Origin: the human T2T-CHM13v2.0 reference genome, Homo sapiens
DNA length: 64,000 nucleotides
NCBI RefSeq assembly: GCF_009914755.1
Contig: NC_060933.1
Direction: 5' to 3' (one strand)
Made by a program: the position numbers and the translations under genes. Under the pieces are notes generated by a model, which was given only the letters and a program-made list of their open reading frames with translations, was not told the DNA's origin and searched no databases. Numbering within the stretch: the first letter of the stretch is position 1; each line of letters opens with the position of its first letter. Positions 20,832 through 41,390 of this stretch are shown here, in pieces.

Positions 20832-21102
20832 CTGTTTTATATAGGATACAAGAAAATAGAAATGAGTCTATAAATTCCAAAACTAATCAAATCTGTAAAT
20901 TCAATAGGATAAAATACCATCCAATTCAGCAAAGCTAATGAATTTTTCATTAGATTTCAATGTAGTCATTCCATTAAATTTAAAAAGCATTTATTAAATG
21001 TCTATTTATAAGTTGAAATATAAAAAGAAACTACTTTGGCCAATAAACATATATTTTAGAATGAAACCATAAATCATCCTACCTATGCTCTAGCTGATCT
21101 GA

Positions 21103-21790
<688 letters not shown>

Positions 21791-21996
21791 TAAATAAATA
21801 GGAAAGAAATAAATTTGTTTTCATTTGGGTTATAAAGATGAAATATGTTATTTTAAAAGCACCAAGATTTACCTTTGCTTTGTTGGTGAAAAAAAAGAAA
21901 AAGCACCAAGACAAAAAGCACTGAAGTAGTGAAGATAAAAACTGTGACTAATACAAAACAGGCCTTCACTCTCCTTTAACTATAAAATTCATTTAC

Positions 21997-22092
21997 CGAT
22001 GCTGCTGCTGGAACTTCCAGAGTTTGGTGTAAACATCAAAAGTTCTTCCAAAATAGGACTGCCACTGCTTCTGTCCATATTGTGGCAAATCT
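21997..22092 (-). CDS. SCAI: SCAI coding exon (probably exon 4), 96 nt, phase 2-2
   Basis: tattacag|A GAT TTG CCA...CAG CAT CG|gtaaat; DLPQYGQKQWQSYFGRTFDVYTKLWKFQQQH(R); frame continuous with the previous exon. Confidence 0.96.
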
Positions 22093-22496
22093 CTGTAATA
22101 GTAAATGAGTATGTATTAATATTAAACTTCTTATTCTATTTGGAAATTATGTCTTGTGATGGTACAAACCAGACAGATGAAAAATGCTTGCATTCAGGCT
22201 TTCTTTTTTAAAAAAGTTACACTTTTTGGAGCAGAAATAATTCTATAACTAGGGTCCAGGACATGCTCTTTTCCTATTCTCCTCCCTACTTCTCTGACAG
22301 GTCGTTCTTAGTGTTCTTTGCAGATGCTTCTCCCATGAGGTTTCTGGTCCTCTCTTCCCTCTCCCTCGGTGATCTTATTCACACTCACTTATATACTGAC
22401 AACTTCCAAATGTTTATCTTCAGCTAAGAACTCAGCTGAATGTTTGAAAAACACTGCTTTAGAAAATATACCTAGAAATCGATATGTAGATGGTAT

Positions 22497-23610
22497 TACT
22501 GTTCTGCACTATTCTATCCTCTCCCTATAAGATAAATATACATCCCTGTCCTTGAACCTGGTGACTTATAGTACAGTCTTTGAGAGGCAAATACTCCCTA
22601 CCATACAAACATTGGGCCTGGCCGTATTAACTTCCTTTGGCCAATGAAATATAATTGTAAGTTATTTATATCATATCTTAGGAGAAAATTAAGAGCACTG
22701 AGTGTTTCAGCATTTTCAATTTTCCCTCTGACCTAAGACAAAGATAGGGCTGTTCTTCAGCCTGGAACACTGAGTAAGACACATTTAACAGTGCCCCAAA
22801 ACCACAGACAACTTGTAGCTAACATGGGAGCTAGAAACACATCTTTACTGTAGGAAGGCACTACAATTTGAGGGTTGTTACAGCAGCCTTACTTCGGAAA
22901 AGCTAGTCCAGAAACTGGTAATAGGAGTACGTTATTGCCATAACAAACATGTAACATATGTGACACCTGCAATTGCGACTGAGTAGCAAGTAACTGTTAC
23001 TGAAGGCTGGAAACAATGATGACCTATATAATGCAATGGTAACACTGCATTTGCCTGAGAAAACTGAGAAAGCAGATAATACGATTAATGAACTTGTTGA
23101 TTTATACAAAGAGGTTGGGAAACAGTATGTTGCTAGCCCTGGATGCTATTAGCTACACTTAAAATACAATGAGAAAAAGATGAACTCAGAAAAGAATTAG
23201 CTGCAAGCGGAGTTGAAAAGAAAAAGAGAAAATCCACAAATTCAAGAACTTACAAGATTGAAAGATACAACAATTACTAATGCATAACTGTAAAATATAT
23301 AATTGAGAAATGCTATCCATAAATGCCAATTAAAATTCAGCCTCATCTTCGAGGGCAAAACTTCTTCATTAAAGTCTGTGAATAGATGGAGATGGCCCCA
23401 AGTACCTTTTTTCAGTGGGACAAAACAGATTTGGGAAAGGAATTTAAGAATTTGGCTGTCTTGTAGAAACCTTATAAACTCAAGGTATCTCTAACAAAGT
23501 CTAGAAGACAGTCGTGTCTCAAAGAATTTAGGGTATGGCTACAGGTACATGGAGCTAACTTGAATCAAATTATAAAGAGTCAACTACATTTCACAAGATT
23601 TGTACTATTG
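22497..23610 (+). mobile_element. MLT1-type MaLR LTR with adjacent internal sequence
   Basis: 'ctttggccaatgaaat', 'gggttgttacagcagc', then MaLR-int-like 'aaactggta...gccataacaaa'. Confidence 0.6.
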
Positions 23611-23617
23611 AGGTCAC

Positions 23618-23901
<284 letters not shown>

Positions 23902-24486
23902 ACTTTTTTAAAAAAATAAAGGAGCAATAAATTCATTGAATTTAGTGGTAAATGAATAAATCTAGAGATCAATTTGGGGAATTCGTATTTTTTCTAATTT
24001 TGTCAATAGCATTTCTTTCCATTTATGGTACAAACATTGTCATTAAATACATTTATAACTCTTTCCATAAAGGTCCTATATTTCCTGGTTCACATTACTG
24101 TAAGGTCTCATATTTTCATTGTTTTTGTGAAAGGTATCTCTATTTTTTAAGTTGTATCTTTTAATTTTTTTATGATGGAAAATTTCAAACATACACAAAA
24201 GTAGAGAGAACAGTACAATGACCCCTAGGTACCATCAGCAGATTCACAGCTTATCAATTTAGAGCCAGTCTCTTCTATTTAGGGTTGCCAGATAAAATAC
24301 ATGTTCTTGTTTCTGGGCCCCCTACTCCTTTCTCTAAGTTTATCTGTCTACCTTTGTTGTGCTAGTTCAACTCTGTCTCAATCAGTACCCCTATGACCAC
24401 CATTAGCACTATTTTCAATTAAGAAAAGAAGTACAGGCTATATTTATATTGATCCCTATAACTAAAATGCCTATAGAAATATTTAG

Positions 24487-25269
<783 letters not shown>

Positions 25270-25817
25270 TACTAATATTATTCTATCAAGTGCTAATAAT
25301 TATGAAGGCCATATAAAGTAATGTGAAAACTGATCTCTTCAATTAATAGGATTATTGGTTGTAATAGACAGAAAATATGATCACATATGTAGAAAAAACT
25401 GCAAATAAGTACTAAATTACATGACACTGAATAAAAGTAATAAGGAGTTTAGAAAAGGGACACATTGGCTACTCAGGAGGCTGAGGCGGAAAGATTGCTT
25501 GAGACCAGGGGTTTAAGTTCAGCCTGGGCAACACAGCAAGACTCCATCTCCAAAAAAAAAAATCAATTAATTAAAATGAAAAATGTTTAAGGTACATATT
25601 GGAAGGCTTGAGTAGCCAGGAAATGCTTCACAAAGAGAAAGATTTGGATAGGCAAAAGAGAAAGAAGAGATTAAGAGATTATCAGAGACAGAGATAAATA
25701 AAATATATAAGAGAAGCAACGACAATTATAAGTTAATAACACTTTGTAGCACAAGTAGGAAAACAGCCTGAATTAAATAAATGATGTATTATGGGAACTA
25801 GTAGAAAATAAGGTATA

Positions 25818-25845
25818 ACAACAACAACAACAACAACAACAACAA
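25818..25845. repeat. (AAC)n microsatellite
   Basis: acaacaacaacaacaacaacaacaac. Confidence 0.9.
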
Positions 25846-26309
25846 AAGGTACAACAGGTAGGCTGGAGTCAGTTTATACAGTTCAAGAGCATAAAGTCTT
25901 TCTGGTCTTTCTATGTAGGTTTATTTCCCGCATTTAAAAAGTAAAGATAATAACTGCTAATGGGTACAGGGTTCTTTTGGGGATAATGAATGTTCTAAAA
26001 TTGACTGTAGTGATGGGTGCACGTAACCTGTGAGGATACTAAAAACCACTGAGTTGTATACTTCCAAAAGGTAACTTGTAAGATATCTGAATATCCCAAT
26101 AAAGATGTTGTTTTTAAAAAGAGTAATACAAATAAAAAAGCAATACACGATGGACTGAGCATATAATTTTATCTTCTCTTTCGAGGCTCCATACAGAAAT
26201 AAAAAGAGAGGGAGGCAATCAGTAGATGAGACATTTCAAGAAACTTCTGAAAGAACATTTGATGAAGAAATATCATTATTATATGAAGAAATATCAATAT
26301 TATTACTTC

Positions 26310-26700
26310 CCACCAATCAAAATCCTGGCGGGAAATAGACGACACACAAGTGGGTCACTGGGAAGAGTTTGACAAAGAGGCTACAAAGATGTGAACAGAG
26401 TCAAGGGAAACCAACAAGGAACACTTTAAGGACCTGTGGCTAAGTTACTATCCCTTAGGCCTGGTGCAGCAGAGGGAGGGGGCAGTTCCCAAAACTTAAG
26501 GGAGGGAGCTGGCAAAATACACATCTGTGCTCACTCTACTCCTGCCCTCCAACCTCCTGCTGACCCTTTCCATTGGTGTAGCCCAGCTGGAAGACAGAGG
26601 GCAAAGATATCAGTTGGAGCAGCCTATAAATGTTAGTCTCCCAGGGTAGGAGAAGAGGCAAAAGGTAAGATCTGGAAGGGCAAACTGAAAATGTCCAGCC
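26310..26700 (-). mobile_element. LTR33-like ERVL LTR
   Basis: 'gatctggaagggcaaactgaaaatgtccagc', 'cctttccattggtgtagcccagctggaag'. Confidence 0.55.
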
Positions 26701-26805
26701 TAGTGCCTTCCATATAACAGAATGAAGAAAGCTGGAACCTAGAAAACATGAGAAAGGAACTACATGTGAAAGGACTCAACCCAGAGAGGTTACAAAAGAA
26801 AAACA

Positions 26806-27750
26806 GGGCAGGGTACAGCAGTTCATGTCTGTAGTCCCAGCACTTTGGGAGGCCTAGGCAGGTAGACAGCTCGAGCCCAGGAGTTCAAGACCAGCCTGGA
26901 CAACATGGCAAAACACAGTCTCTACAAACAAAAATAAAAAATAAAAAATAAATTTGCCAGGCGTAGTGGCACACACCTGTAGTCCCAGCTATTCAGGAGG
27001 CTGAGACGGGAGGATTCATTGAGCCCGAAGATCAAGTCTGCAGTGAGCTGTGATCATGCCACTGTACTCTAGCATGGGCAACATAGCAAGACCCTGTCTC
27101 AAAACAAACAAACCCAAAAAACAAATAGTGTAAAAAAGAGTGATCCATTTGAGTGTGAACTTAAGGATGAATTCATTTGAGATATACACTGGAACTACAG
27201 AGAAGGAAAGATCATTTCTCAACTCCTGGCTTTGCTATGTATAATATTTACATAGTTATATGTCAAAATGTTGTTTATTATCTGTTTTCAACTTTTAGAA
27301 TCCATGTATAGATCAAACACAAAATATTTAACTATGATTATAGCATGGTAAATACAGTTTATGTTCTGTGAAATAAAAACATGAAGCTATAACTGACCAA
27401 AACTAAGCATGAGAAAAGAAGAGAGGCTGGGTGTGGTGGCTCAATGCTTGCAATCCCAGCACTTTGGCAGGCTGAGATGGGAGGACTGCTTGAACCCAGA
27501 AATTCAAGACCAGCCAGGGCAACAAAGTGAGATCCCTGTCTCTAGCAAAAATGAAACAATTAGCCAGGTGTGGTGGCATGCACCTGTGGTCCCAGCTACT
27601 CAGAGTCTGAGGAAGGAGAATCGTTAGAGTCCAGGAGGTCGGGACTGCAGTGAGCTGTGATCATACCACTGCGCTCCAGCCTGGGCAACAGAGTGAGACT
27701 CTATCTTAAAAAAAGAAAAAATGAAAGAAACAAAGAAACAAAGAAAACAT
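26806..27750 (+). mobile_element. Two AluJ-like elements (26806-27125; 27425-27750)
   Basis: Alu consensus. Confidence 0.88.
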
Positions 27751-27829
27751 AGAAAAGATGATGGAACTAGTGGGAATGAAAATTTACCTTACAAAATGGA
27801 ATCAAAGGGATACCATCAATATGGTGTAT

Positions 27830-28030
27830 GGATGGGTTAAAGGACTGGGTTTTGAAGTCAGACTGGCTTGGTACCACTAATTGTCTACACAATGTTATAC
27901 AGAGTAAACTTTATGCCTTAGTTCCTCATTTATAAAATGGAGATAATAATAATAGAGCCTAGACCATAGGTTTGATGACAAGAGTTACTGAGTTAATACA
28001 GGTAACGACCTAAGAATACACAGCACCTAG
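27830..28030 (+). mobile_element. MIR
   Basis: 'ccttagttcctcatttataaaatggagataataata' MIR core. Confidence 0.7.
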
Positions 28031-28079
28031 TGAAAACACAAAAAAGTTAGATAATACTATCATCTATGATCAGCATTTA

Positions 28080-28525
<446 letters not shown>

Positions 28526-29191
28526 TGAATAATGGGAAAACCGAGAAGAGTGGTAACGTAAATTCAGAGGGTATGGTGGGGATTAGACAGTATGTGTGGA
28601 TTACTTGAAAGAGGCCTGGCACAAAGTAAGCACTAATAAATGTTAGTTGCTATTAGTATTCTTATTCCTGCTACTATTTCTATGGGGCAGGGAAAAGAGT
28701 AGCTTTTGGGTAAATGAAGTCTTCATTTATTGTGGCAGGATATCAAAGGAGAATGTATAAATTAATAAACGAAGAAAGAGTGATAAAAGTATATTTGAGA
28801 AATGAAAGTAAATGCCAGGAAAACTAAAATCAGAAAGAGTCAAAAGTGATTGCCTCTGAAAAATGAGGACTCCAGGTGAGAGGGATGTTTTAGCCAATAC
28901 TACTTCATAGTGTAAGCCCTTTTATATTATTTCACCTTGTAAAACTCATGTTTTTTAAATTATGAGTTATATTTTAATTCATTTTTTGAATTGGTAATTT
29001 ATATACATAGTATAAAATTCAAAGAGCACAAAAGGTATGTATAGAGTAAGTCTCCTCCACTTCTATTCCAAATAACCTAGGTCTTCATTGTGAAGACCTT
29101 TATTTACTTACAAGCATATAACTGTGCATGTATGCATATAAATATGCTGTTTTGAAAAAGAAGTTTTAAATAAATACATTAAGAAAAAAGT

Positions 29192-30610
<1,419 letters not shown>

Positions 30611-31458
30611 ATAATTCAAATGAAACTGTTTCCTTTTAAAGCATCATTGAGAAAGCCACAAAACAAGGCCTATCAGTGTGGCTAGCTCAACCTGCTATGT
30701 TTTGTTAAAATGTTTTTCTTGAGATAAACTGGGTGCAGTGTACATCGGTAGTTCACCAAGCCTGTAATACCATGATATCTAATTTATGATTTCCTTTTGA
30801 GCTGCTGTTTCTTGGCCAGCAGCTGTGTGTCTCCAAATAATTTTTCCCCCAAACCAGCATGTTTTCTGAATATGTCTTCTTGATCTGCTTACCTAGATGT
30901 TTTCCAAATGCTGTAAAATGTTTTTTAAAATTTCATCTTTACTTTTTCCATTACAACTTTTCTGAATTCTCCATCAAAAATATTGGTAATTATTCAGTTG
31001 TGTCATCTTCATTCTCTTGACTTCATATTTATCATTTTCTCAGGATACTGAGAGATCATCTGCAGTTCTTCCTGAATATCACTAGCTAAATGTTTTGAAG
31101 TACTGGTAGGATCAGTCTGCAGTCACATCACCCTGAGGTGCAGCATCTTGTCTAAGTATCAGTTCTACTCTATTGTCTTTGATGTGAATTTTAATCCTGC
31201 TACTGCGTTTTTGCTTTCCTGAACATCTTTCTTGCTTTATTTAACCTTAGCCTGTTATCTCCTTATAGTTCTATGCTCTTTCACAGAAGCCATGATCTGT
31301 GGCATTTTATTACAGAAGACAATCTTCTGAAAGTTTTTTATACCCGGCCAACTGATCTTTACTCATTGGTTTCATAGCTCTCAGTATGTATACTGTGACA
31401 GTGACAATATTTCTTCCCCCTCTTACATTCGGCTTAATTTTTAGAAGTAGCAATCTGG

Positions 31459-31798
<340 letters not shown>

Positions 31799-31854
31799 TC
31801 ATAAAGCAGTAAAAATGCAGAAGGGCAGGTGCTGATTTCACCACTGGAGACTTT

Positions 31855-32268
31855 ATCGATTAACTTTTGCTGCATAACAAGCCACTTCAAAACTTAGAAG
31901 CTTAAAACAAAAACCATGTAGTCGCTAATCATTTTATGGGTAGGCAATTAGATGTGAGTTCAGTTGGACAGTTCTGCCAGTCTCAGTCAGATCTCACTCA
32001 GGCAACTCAGACAGCTAGTGGTCTGTGGCCTCTCTCAAATGTCCAGGACCAGCTTGGGTTTATTTATATAGGGCTTGGTTACAAGGTTTTAAGACTTGCA
32101 ATAGAGAAGACAAGCTCTAATGTGCATTTTTCAAGTATTTGAATTATGTCTGCAACTGTCCCACTGGCCAAAGCAAATCTATTAGCCCAACCCAGAGGCA
32201 GTATGACAGGGAACTAGTAATAAGCATGGATTCAGGGAAGGGACTCATTTTACAAACAATCTATCACA
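31855..32268 (-). mobile_element. MLT1-type MaLR LTR
   Basis: 'ttgctgcataacaagccacttcaaaacttagaagcttaaaacaa', 'cccactggccaaagcaa'. Confidence 0.65.
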
Positions 32269-32424
32269 GAGACCTTATGTTTCTTTCCTTTTCAATTATG
32301 AAAATAATAAAAGTCTCTAGAAAACAAAAATACTATAAAGTATATAAAGCAAAAAGTAAAACAATGCTCTCTTGCTTCTCCTTTCAACTTTATTCCCCAC
32401 AAACACCACCAATAAGAATGATTT

Positions 32425-33286
32425 TGGCAGGGGACTGTGGCTCACACCTATAATCCCAGCACTTTGGGAGGCTGAGGTGGGAGGATCACTTGAATCCAGG
32501 AGTTCGAGACCAACCTGGGCAACATAGGGAGAGCCCGTCTCTATAAGAAAATACAATAAATTAGCCAAGTGTGGTGGCAGGTGCCTGTGGTCCCAGCTAC
32601 TTGGGTGGCTGAGGTGGGAGGATTGCTTGAACCCTGGAGGTCAAGGCTGCATGCAGTAAGCCATAATCGTGCCACTGCACTCCAGCCTGGGTGAGTTAGA
32701 GTGAGACTCTGTCTCAAGAAACAAACAAAAAAGAATGATTTCTTTCTCTGTGCACATTTAAGTATATACATGAGTTTTTCCATTATTTTACATCAATGGG
32801 ATAAAACTACATATAATGTCCTGCAACATGTCTATTTAAGAATATATCGGGTTTCTTTAATACATAGAGAATTATATCAATATTTACTGTGTACAAAGTA
32901 GTATATAATGAACCAACTTATTTAATCAATATCTTCCTGATGAACATTTATATTCTTTCTACTTTTTCCCTGTTTTGTTTATTTATTTATTTATTTAGAG
33001 ACAGAGTCTCACTCTGTCACCCAGGTTGGAGTGCAGTGGCACGATCTTGGCTCACCGCAACCTCTGCCTCCTGGGTTCAAGCGTTCTCCTGACTCAGCCT
33101 CCTGAGTAGATGGGATTACAGGTGCACACCACCATGTCCAATTAATTTTTTTTTTTTTTGCATTTTTAATAGAGACGGGGTTTCACCATATTGGCCAGGC
33201 TAGTCTTGAACTACTGACCTCAAGTGATCCGCCGTCTTGGCCTCTCAAAGTGCTGGGATTACAGGTGTGAGCCACCGCACCCGGCC
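32425..33286. mobile_element. Inverted Alu pair (32425-32732 plus; 32972-33286 minus)
   Basis: Alu consensus. Confidence 0.9.
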
Positions 33287-34968
33287 TCCCTGTTTTAAAA
33301 ATGCTGTAATAAATATCTTCATACTAATAAATTTGAATAGCTACACAATATGAATGAAAGGTCAATTTCTGTAGGTGGAAGTGAAGAGTGAAAAAAGATC
33401 TGCATTTTTGTACCAGATGTTAAGTTAATGGATAAGAAAGCAAAATATTTTCCTACCTGAAATTTTCAGGCACAATAGCAAGAATTAGCAAGTTTAAAAC
33501 TGCATTTTAAAAATCCATTTCCATTTTCCTTATAAGCTGAAATTCATTTCAGATTACAGAAATAGGTTAACTGTGGATATTAGTTTCCCACATTTATTGT
33601 AAGTTTTCATCTTTTTTATGTCTCCACGGATCTCTAATGAGAGGTTACATCAGGAAGACCTAATCAGATGTTTTTAAATGTAAGTTGCTGCTAGAAACTT
33701 TCTCTTATGAAGCTGCTGCTGTTAGGAAGATTGTATTATTATGTACAAGCATTTGTCAGCAACACCAACTTTGTGACAACTGACAATTATTGTGTTTCAT
33801 TAAGGATACTATCTAAAGTCTTTAGGCAATTTTTCAAGTAAGCACTTGCCTGCAAGTTCCTTTGAGTTTCCAAAACTGATAAAATTAATAAATCTCAGTA
33901 ATACATCCTGTTAAGGGAGAAAACAGAACTAGAAGCCAGTGTTTTATTTCAGGTGTCAAGTAAAAAGGGTTATAAAGGAACAGGACTTCGTACGCAGGCT
34001 AAAAGTACATAAAAAGTGATCTAAAATGCTATACTAGGGCTCCTAACAGTAAGCTGTAATATATAAATATTTTCTGATTTATAGCTATGAACAACATTGG
34101 CTAACTTCTATACTATTTTCCTCAAAAGAATTTAGAACATCTACTATTCCAGTCTAAATCAGTTATAAAGACACCAGTTTCTTTTTCAAAATAGGGTTTA
34201 AATTTTTTAAAATTTGTCCATAGGAAAACTCCTATGATCATCCTTTTTCTAATGAGACATATCACAGAAGTTAATATACGAACCACTATATGATCAGCAT
34301 CTAAAATTAACTAAGGTACTCTATGAAGAGTTTCAAAAAAAACTCCTCTACTACTCAGAGCTTGACTCTGATTTTAAACTCTGAATATATCATTTGGTCA
34401 TTATTACTGTCAGCAAAGATGGGAAATTAATGGTCCATAGAATTAAATTAAATAGGGCTCTGAATTACCCCATAATTTAAGTGACCTTATATTTCACATT
34501 TTGCAAAGGCAGCTATGTTATGAATTAGCTAATCATATTCTTTTTTCCAAGATTTTGGAGGAAAGTAAAAGTATGACACTAATCTCTCTTTATTGAAATC
34601 CTCAGTTCTATCAGTAGAACTCAGGAGACTATGGTAGGAAGAAATGCAGTGCAAATAATTAAACCTGATTATCAGGGATGTTTCAAATATAACGTTGAGA
34701 TATCAAAACTCAGGAAATCTCTGTAAATTTCCTGTAAATCCCCCATCTTTACTAAACTGAATTAGCTAAGATCATTGATCCCTACGTACACCTAAAATCC
34801 AAGTCCAAGGGGCATCTTTCAGTCCCTTCTTTATCAGTCCTCTCTATGGCATTACACTGTTCACCACTTTCTCACCATCTTGTAACTCTTTTTTCTGTCC
34901 TTACAATCTCTTCCATTAACTTCTCTTTCCTTAGTCCAGTCCCTAAATGCATGGCTTCCACCAGAGTA

Positions 34969-34985
34969 TGTGTGTGTGTGTGTGT

Positions 34986-35020
<35 letters not shown>
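34969..35020. repeat. Compound (TG)n/(CA)n microsatellite, self-complementary
   Basis: (TG)9 TA (CA)16. Confidence 0.95.
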
Positions 35021-35026
<6 letters not shown>

Positions 35027-35179
35027 AAAAGAAACATACATACAGGAAGTTACTTAGGAATTATGGCCAGTAAGCTGTAGAGCTATGATTCAAATTCAAA
35101 CCTTCTACCTCCTAATCCAATGCTCTTTTCCACCATATGGAATAACCACCTAGATTTTGTACGCAAGTAAAGTTGTTAG

Positions 35180-35545
<366 letters not shown>

Positions 35546-35809
35546 TGACCTCCAACAAAGCTGTGGTCAAAGGCAAAGGAATAAGCCAACTTCTCTGAAT
35601 CAGGTTTTCAGTCAAAGAGCACACTGTCCGACTCACATATTCTTGTTTAAACACAGAGGACTATATTACTGGGACATCTTTGTTCCAAACCATGTTTCTG
35701 TGTTCATGTGTATACGAGACCAAACTGCATTTGAGACTTCAAAGCCCAGTTGAGCATTTCCTTGTTTAGCACCAGTATTTGCTTTTACCCATTGGTAGAC
35801 CCAGTGGTT

Positions 35810-37990
<2,181 letters not shown>

Positions 37991-38269
37991 CCTCTATTCT
38001 TAGAGTCAAACATTCGTCTGTGTTTGGAATCCTTACTCCTAAATTGAGGAAAAACTTCTCGGAAGTAGCACTTCTCAAATTATAATCTATCACATTAACA
38101 TAGGCTATGACTTTAACTGGCAAAGCTTTGTTTTTCTCATCTGTAGAACCAAAATAATAGACACTAATGACATTGTTTTGAGGATTTAATGAATTCTTCA
38201 GGGTTCTTAACATATCTTTTTAATTTTCTCTCTATACCCCTCCTGAAGAATCTTAAAAACTAACCACTA

Positions 38270-38546
38270 TTGAATGTGGTTAAAAGTGAACACTTTTACA
38301 CTGCTGGTGGGAATGTAAACTAGTACAACCACTATGGAAAACAGTGTGGAGATTCCTTAAATGACTAAAAGTAAAACTACCATTTGATCCAGCAATCCCA
38401 CTACTGGGTATCTACCCAGAGGAAAAGAAGTCATTTATATAAAAAAGATACCTGCACACACATGGTTATAATGGCACAATTTGCAATTGCAAAAATATGG
38501 AACCAGCCCAAGTGCCCATCAATCAACAAGTGGATAAAGAAATTGT

Positions 38547-38584
<38 letters not shown>

Positions 38585-39070
38585 CACATATATATACATA
38601 TATATACACATATATACACACACACATATATATATTTCATTCCTTTTATGGCCTATCTCATATATATATACACACACACACATATATATATGTGTGTGTG
38701 TGTGTATATATATATGAGATAGGCCATAAAAGGAATGAAATAATGGCATTTGCAGCAACCTGGAAGGAATTGGAGACCATTATTCTAAGTTAAGTAACTC
38801 ACGAATGGAAAACCAAACATCATGTGTTCTCAGTCATAGGTGGAAGCTAAAGTATGAGGATACAAAGACATAAGAATGACACATGGACTTTTGGGACTCT
38901 CACGATAGGGTAGGAGGGGCGTGAGGAACAAGACTACACATTGGGTACAGTGTATATTGCTTGGGTGATGGGTGCATCAAAATCTCATAAATCACTACTA
39001 AAGAACTTATTCATGTAACCAAACACACCTGTTCCCCAAAAAACTACTGAAATTAAAAAAAAAAAAAAAA
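38270..39070 (+). mobile_element. L1PB1-like 5'-truncated L1 with expanded TA/CA tract
   Basis: L1PB 3'UTR motifs ('gactacacattgggtacagtgta', 'aaagaacttattcatgtaacc'), polyA tail, TSD aaaaactaac. Confidence 0.85.
38633..38742. repeat. 110-bp near-perfect palindrome
   Basis: tatttcattccttttatggcctatctca(TA)5(CA)6(TA)4(TG)7(TA)5tgagataggccataaaaggaatgaaata. Confidence 0.95.
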
Positions 39071-39417
39071 CTAACTACAACTACCTCTCCCCTAACCAAT
39101 TCCCGATCCAGCTTCTACCAGCAACTTTAAAGGGGAAGATGCTCTATGTTTCTAGTAAGACCTGACAAGATCTTAGAGGGAGCTAACATATAAGACCTGG
39201 TTATATGGACTTTGATAGAATATATTATATTATAATAGAATATATTCATCTATTTTATTGTTTAATATTTTAGCATAGCATTTAAATAGCTAATTTTCTA
39301 GATTCTGGGGAAATGGTGACAGCATAGTATTGAATCTATTCAGATACCTTCCCAACACAGGCAGAACAAACAGATAATAAAGCAAAACCCACTGGTAACA
39401 TTTCAATAAAACCAAGG

Positions 39418-39814
39418 GTTATGGGCTGAATTGTTATTCCCAAAACTCGTACATTCAACCTCTAACTCCCAGTATCTCAGAATTTCACTGTATCTGGAGA
39501 TAGGGCCTTTAAAGAGGTAATTAAAAAGAAGCCTTTAGGGAAGGTTTTAATACAATATGAGTTGCGTCCTTAGAAGAAGACATTAGGACATACAAAGAGG
39601 CGCCAGGGCACAAATGCATGCAAAGATGACCATGTGAGGGCACAGGAAGGAGGCATCCATCTGCAATCCAAGGAGAGAGGGCTCAGAACAAACTGAACCT
39701 GCTGACACCTTGATCTTGGACTTCCGGCCTCCAGAGCTGTGAGAAAATGCATTTCTGTTGTTTAAGCTACTCAGTCTATGGCACCTTGTTATGGTAGCCA
39801 TAGCAAACTGATAC
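39418..39814 (+). mobile_element. MLT1B-like MaLR LTR
   Basis: gttatgggctgaattg...ggagatagggcctttaaagagg...gcaaactgataca. Confidence 0.8.
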
Positions 39815-40044
39815 AGTAATATGGTAACCATCAAATCCCAGGTGGTTGGAGACAAATTACCAACAGCCAAAAGACCTGCAAGCTATTAGCATCTATGTTG
39901 GAGGAGACAAAGAAAGCAAAACTGGGAACACCTCATGGACCAGTGAAGAAGACAACCCCAAAATAGCCAATATGGATTCACGAGAAAGCACAGTCAGCCA
40001 TTATGAGAACAGAAACTAAAACTGGGAGGAATTTTGCCTGAGCA

Positions 40045-41390
<1,346 letters not shown>

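Noticed and set aside
21999-22211. Plus-strand ORFs overlapping SCAI exons (also 20662-20844)
   Set aside because: Antisense shadow frames of real exons with no independent support.
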